The notes beneath the pieces were generated by a model, which saw only the letters and a list, made by a program, of their open reading frames with translations, had not been told where the DNA came from and ran no database searches. The translations under genes and the position numbers were made by a program. Below are positions 47,376-49,526 of a stretch of 49,526 nucleotides of DNA, in pieces (within the stretch, counting starts at the first letter, position 1; each line of letters starts with the position of its first letter). Source of the DNA: Selaginella moellendorffii (Eukaryota > Plantae > Lycopodiophyta); the NCBI RefSeq assembly GCF_000143415.4, contig NW_003314291.1, forward strand, positions 767,251-816,776, in the 5' to 3' direction.

Positions 47376-49526
47376 TCAGACTATTATTTTTTGCCTCCAA
47401 CGCCTATACAATAACCTTGGAATTTCATCACTCTCCACACTATCAGGATTTAAACCCAATAGTAATGCCATCTCTTCTCTAATACGTCCACGCTCATGTT
47501 CAGTGGTCGAAGAACCCATCCGGTTGAGCAGATTATGGAGATGCGGATAGTGCTTGGCTAGACAATATACATGCCATAAATGATGACTGGTGTCTGTCCG
47601 ATCAAATGGCTTCTGATATACCGTTCCATCTGCCATTTGGTTGATTTCTGCAGCCACCTCCTGGACTGGCCGGTTCTCTATCACCATCGCTTCAAGCCGT
47701 TTTGCAAGGTCCCCCAGAACATACGGTTTCTTCTCCCTAGTTTCCATACTGCAAGAGATGGGGTGCACTGCATATGTGTGCGTGTTCGCTGCAGTTTTAA
47801 TCGGCGAGTCATCGATGATGAGGATTTCACTTGACCTAGCAGTCCGGTTCATCACTACAGCCTCTGCCTTGACGAAGATGGGCTTGCTACCCCTCACATG
47901 GACCATAGTCAAGCAATCCTCCTGCGTTAGGAGAAAGTCAAATGGTAATATTACTCGCGTCTGATCGTGCATCATCTGTAGCAACGTTAATGCATTGTGG
48001 CGCATCATGGATGTCCAAACTCCCAATTGCAAATTGAACCCGGCCCTCTGTTTTAAGTGTCGCATGGTCATTATTAGATCCCGCAGTTTCTCCCGTGTGA
48101 TTAATGTGAATCTGTCTCTTTTGACCAACTTGCGACCGCAGGCTTTGGAGGGTGCAGTGACATTCGAGGACGAGCCACGCTCATGGGAGAAAAGGACACC
48201 GTTCAGATCAAAAACGATACAGTACTTTCGCCGTGACTCTGAAATGAAATGCGTTAGCATAAAAAATGGTACAAGTCAATTTTACCATCTACAATATTAG
48301 CGAATGGTGCTCCCGATGGTCGTTCAGAGGGTTTTGGTCGAGGAAACGTGAAGGGCGGAAATACTCTCCTCTGCAATGTGGGGTCAATCGCATCCGATGG
48401 CGTGTGGGCACATGCCATTTCAGCTGTAGACTCTGGTACAACTGGCTCAACAGTGGCATGGGGTGGTTCCGATGGCGTGTGATCACACGCCATTTCAGCT
48501 GGTGCCTCCGTTGGCAAAGTGGACATGACCGAACAGGCAGCAGGGGCGGTGTAGGGAGGTTCCAATGGCGCGTAGTCAGACGATTGGGCACACGTTGGAA
48601 ATGAGGATACGACCGGCTCGGCGGCTGGGGCGGCCTCATGCGGGTCCAATGGCGCCTGGTCACCGTCAGTTGGATACGTGGACAAGATTGACTCAGTGGT
48701 ATGGGCAGCATCAAGTGGAGCGTGGTCAGCTTGCTTGGCGTTGATATGGATAGTAGCCTCCACCAGCTCTGATGACTCTTGCAGGCAAGTAGAGTCCACT
48801 GGCGGATCCATATGCATGTCCAAATATCTCCCTTCGATTGAGATGGTATCCTCCCGTGCTACTAAAAACAAACTCATTAGCACATTGAATCGACTATACT
48901 GTATTTACCATCAACTGCTATTGAGGAACTAGGACCGATATCACTTGGGCGCACTGCTGATTCTGAAGGATTGGACATACGTTTCGACCCTTGCTTGGCA
49001 CTATCCTTCCTCGACACTAAAGGCTAGAGTTTGTATCTTAATTCAACTGAATAATCTCTACTTACCATTTCTTCTGCAACCTACATGGACAATGTTAGAA
49101 ATGGTAAAAGGTTAGGAATGGATGTACTATTATTTACCTGATGGTTTGTCTTGTATGACCTTCCTCCGCTGCTCTTTGGCCACCTCAGGCTGGCCATCAT
49201 CGTCATCATCGTCATCGTCGTTATTGTGATCGTCACCATTGTGAGGACCATCCAAGTCCTCTTCGTCCTCCTCTTCTTCGTCCTCCTCTTCGTCCTTCTG
49301 CTCTTCCTGCTCATTATCTTTCTCTGGCTCCTCATCCCCCTCTTGCATTTCTTCCATAGGCTGCTCAGGCTGGATTGCTTGTTTTTCCAGGACCATCTTG
49401 GAAAATCATCTGGCCGAGTCTCCATCTCAAAATACAAGACATCCATAGCCTGTTTTAGTGCGTGACCTAGGACCGTATCCTCACCCGACTGTCTTAACAT
49501 GGTTTCTGCACGTTCTTGCACCATTA
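47376..49526 (-). CDS. Multi-exon protein with acidic tract, Pro-rich repeats and C-terminal FCP1/NIF HAD phosphatase-like domain (5' end outside window)
   Basis: IVFDLNGVL, LGVWTS, LTQEDC, KPIFVK, ILIIDDSPIK. An intron at ~48239-48286 joins ORFs 48254-48883 and 47376-48260. Confidence 0.8.

Noticed and set aside
47376-49526. FCP1-like gene as part of the MTase transposon
   Set aside because: It lies beyond the right TIR/TSD at 46531-46539 and beyond the resumed Gypsy RT.

Overview
Eukaryotic plant nuclear DNA with very compact genes and ~45-60 bp GT-AG introns. It resembles the lycophyte Selaginella, which is an inference. Left part (3.4-23.4 kb): a dense gene island with a ycf45-like AAA protein, alpha carbonic anhydrase, 2OG-Fe(II) dioxygenase, KDPG/KHG aldolase, DHHC S-acyltransferase, a PLS-type PPR gene, two near-identical F-box-like genes and an RBOH pseudogene. 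Right part (23.4-46.9 kb): a nest of transposons whose boundaries can be read at base level. A decayed Ty3/Gypsy element (minus strand) carries (i) a Cassandra-like TRIM with 5S-derived LTRs (TSD AATTG) and (ii) a 19.5-kb Mutator-like DNA transposon (26985-46531, TIRs, 8-bp TSD TCCCTTCC) that splits the RT gene right after its FIDD motif. A 7.6-kb non-coding LTR element (TSD TCGTG) interrupts the Mutator-like transposase. Main discovery: the Mutator-like element encodes, divergently from its GCM-like/DDE/SWIM transposase, a spliced gene ending in a prokaryote-type beta-class N6A/N4C DNA amino-methyltransferase-like domain, plus three small cargo ORFs of unknown function. An FCP1/NIF HAD-phosphatase-like gene closes the window. 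Three N-gaps limit the models at 39.8-44.3 kb.
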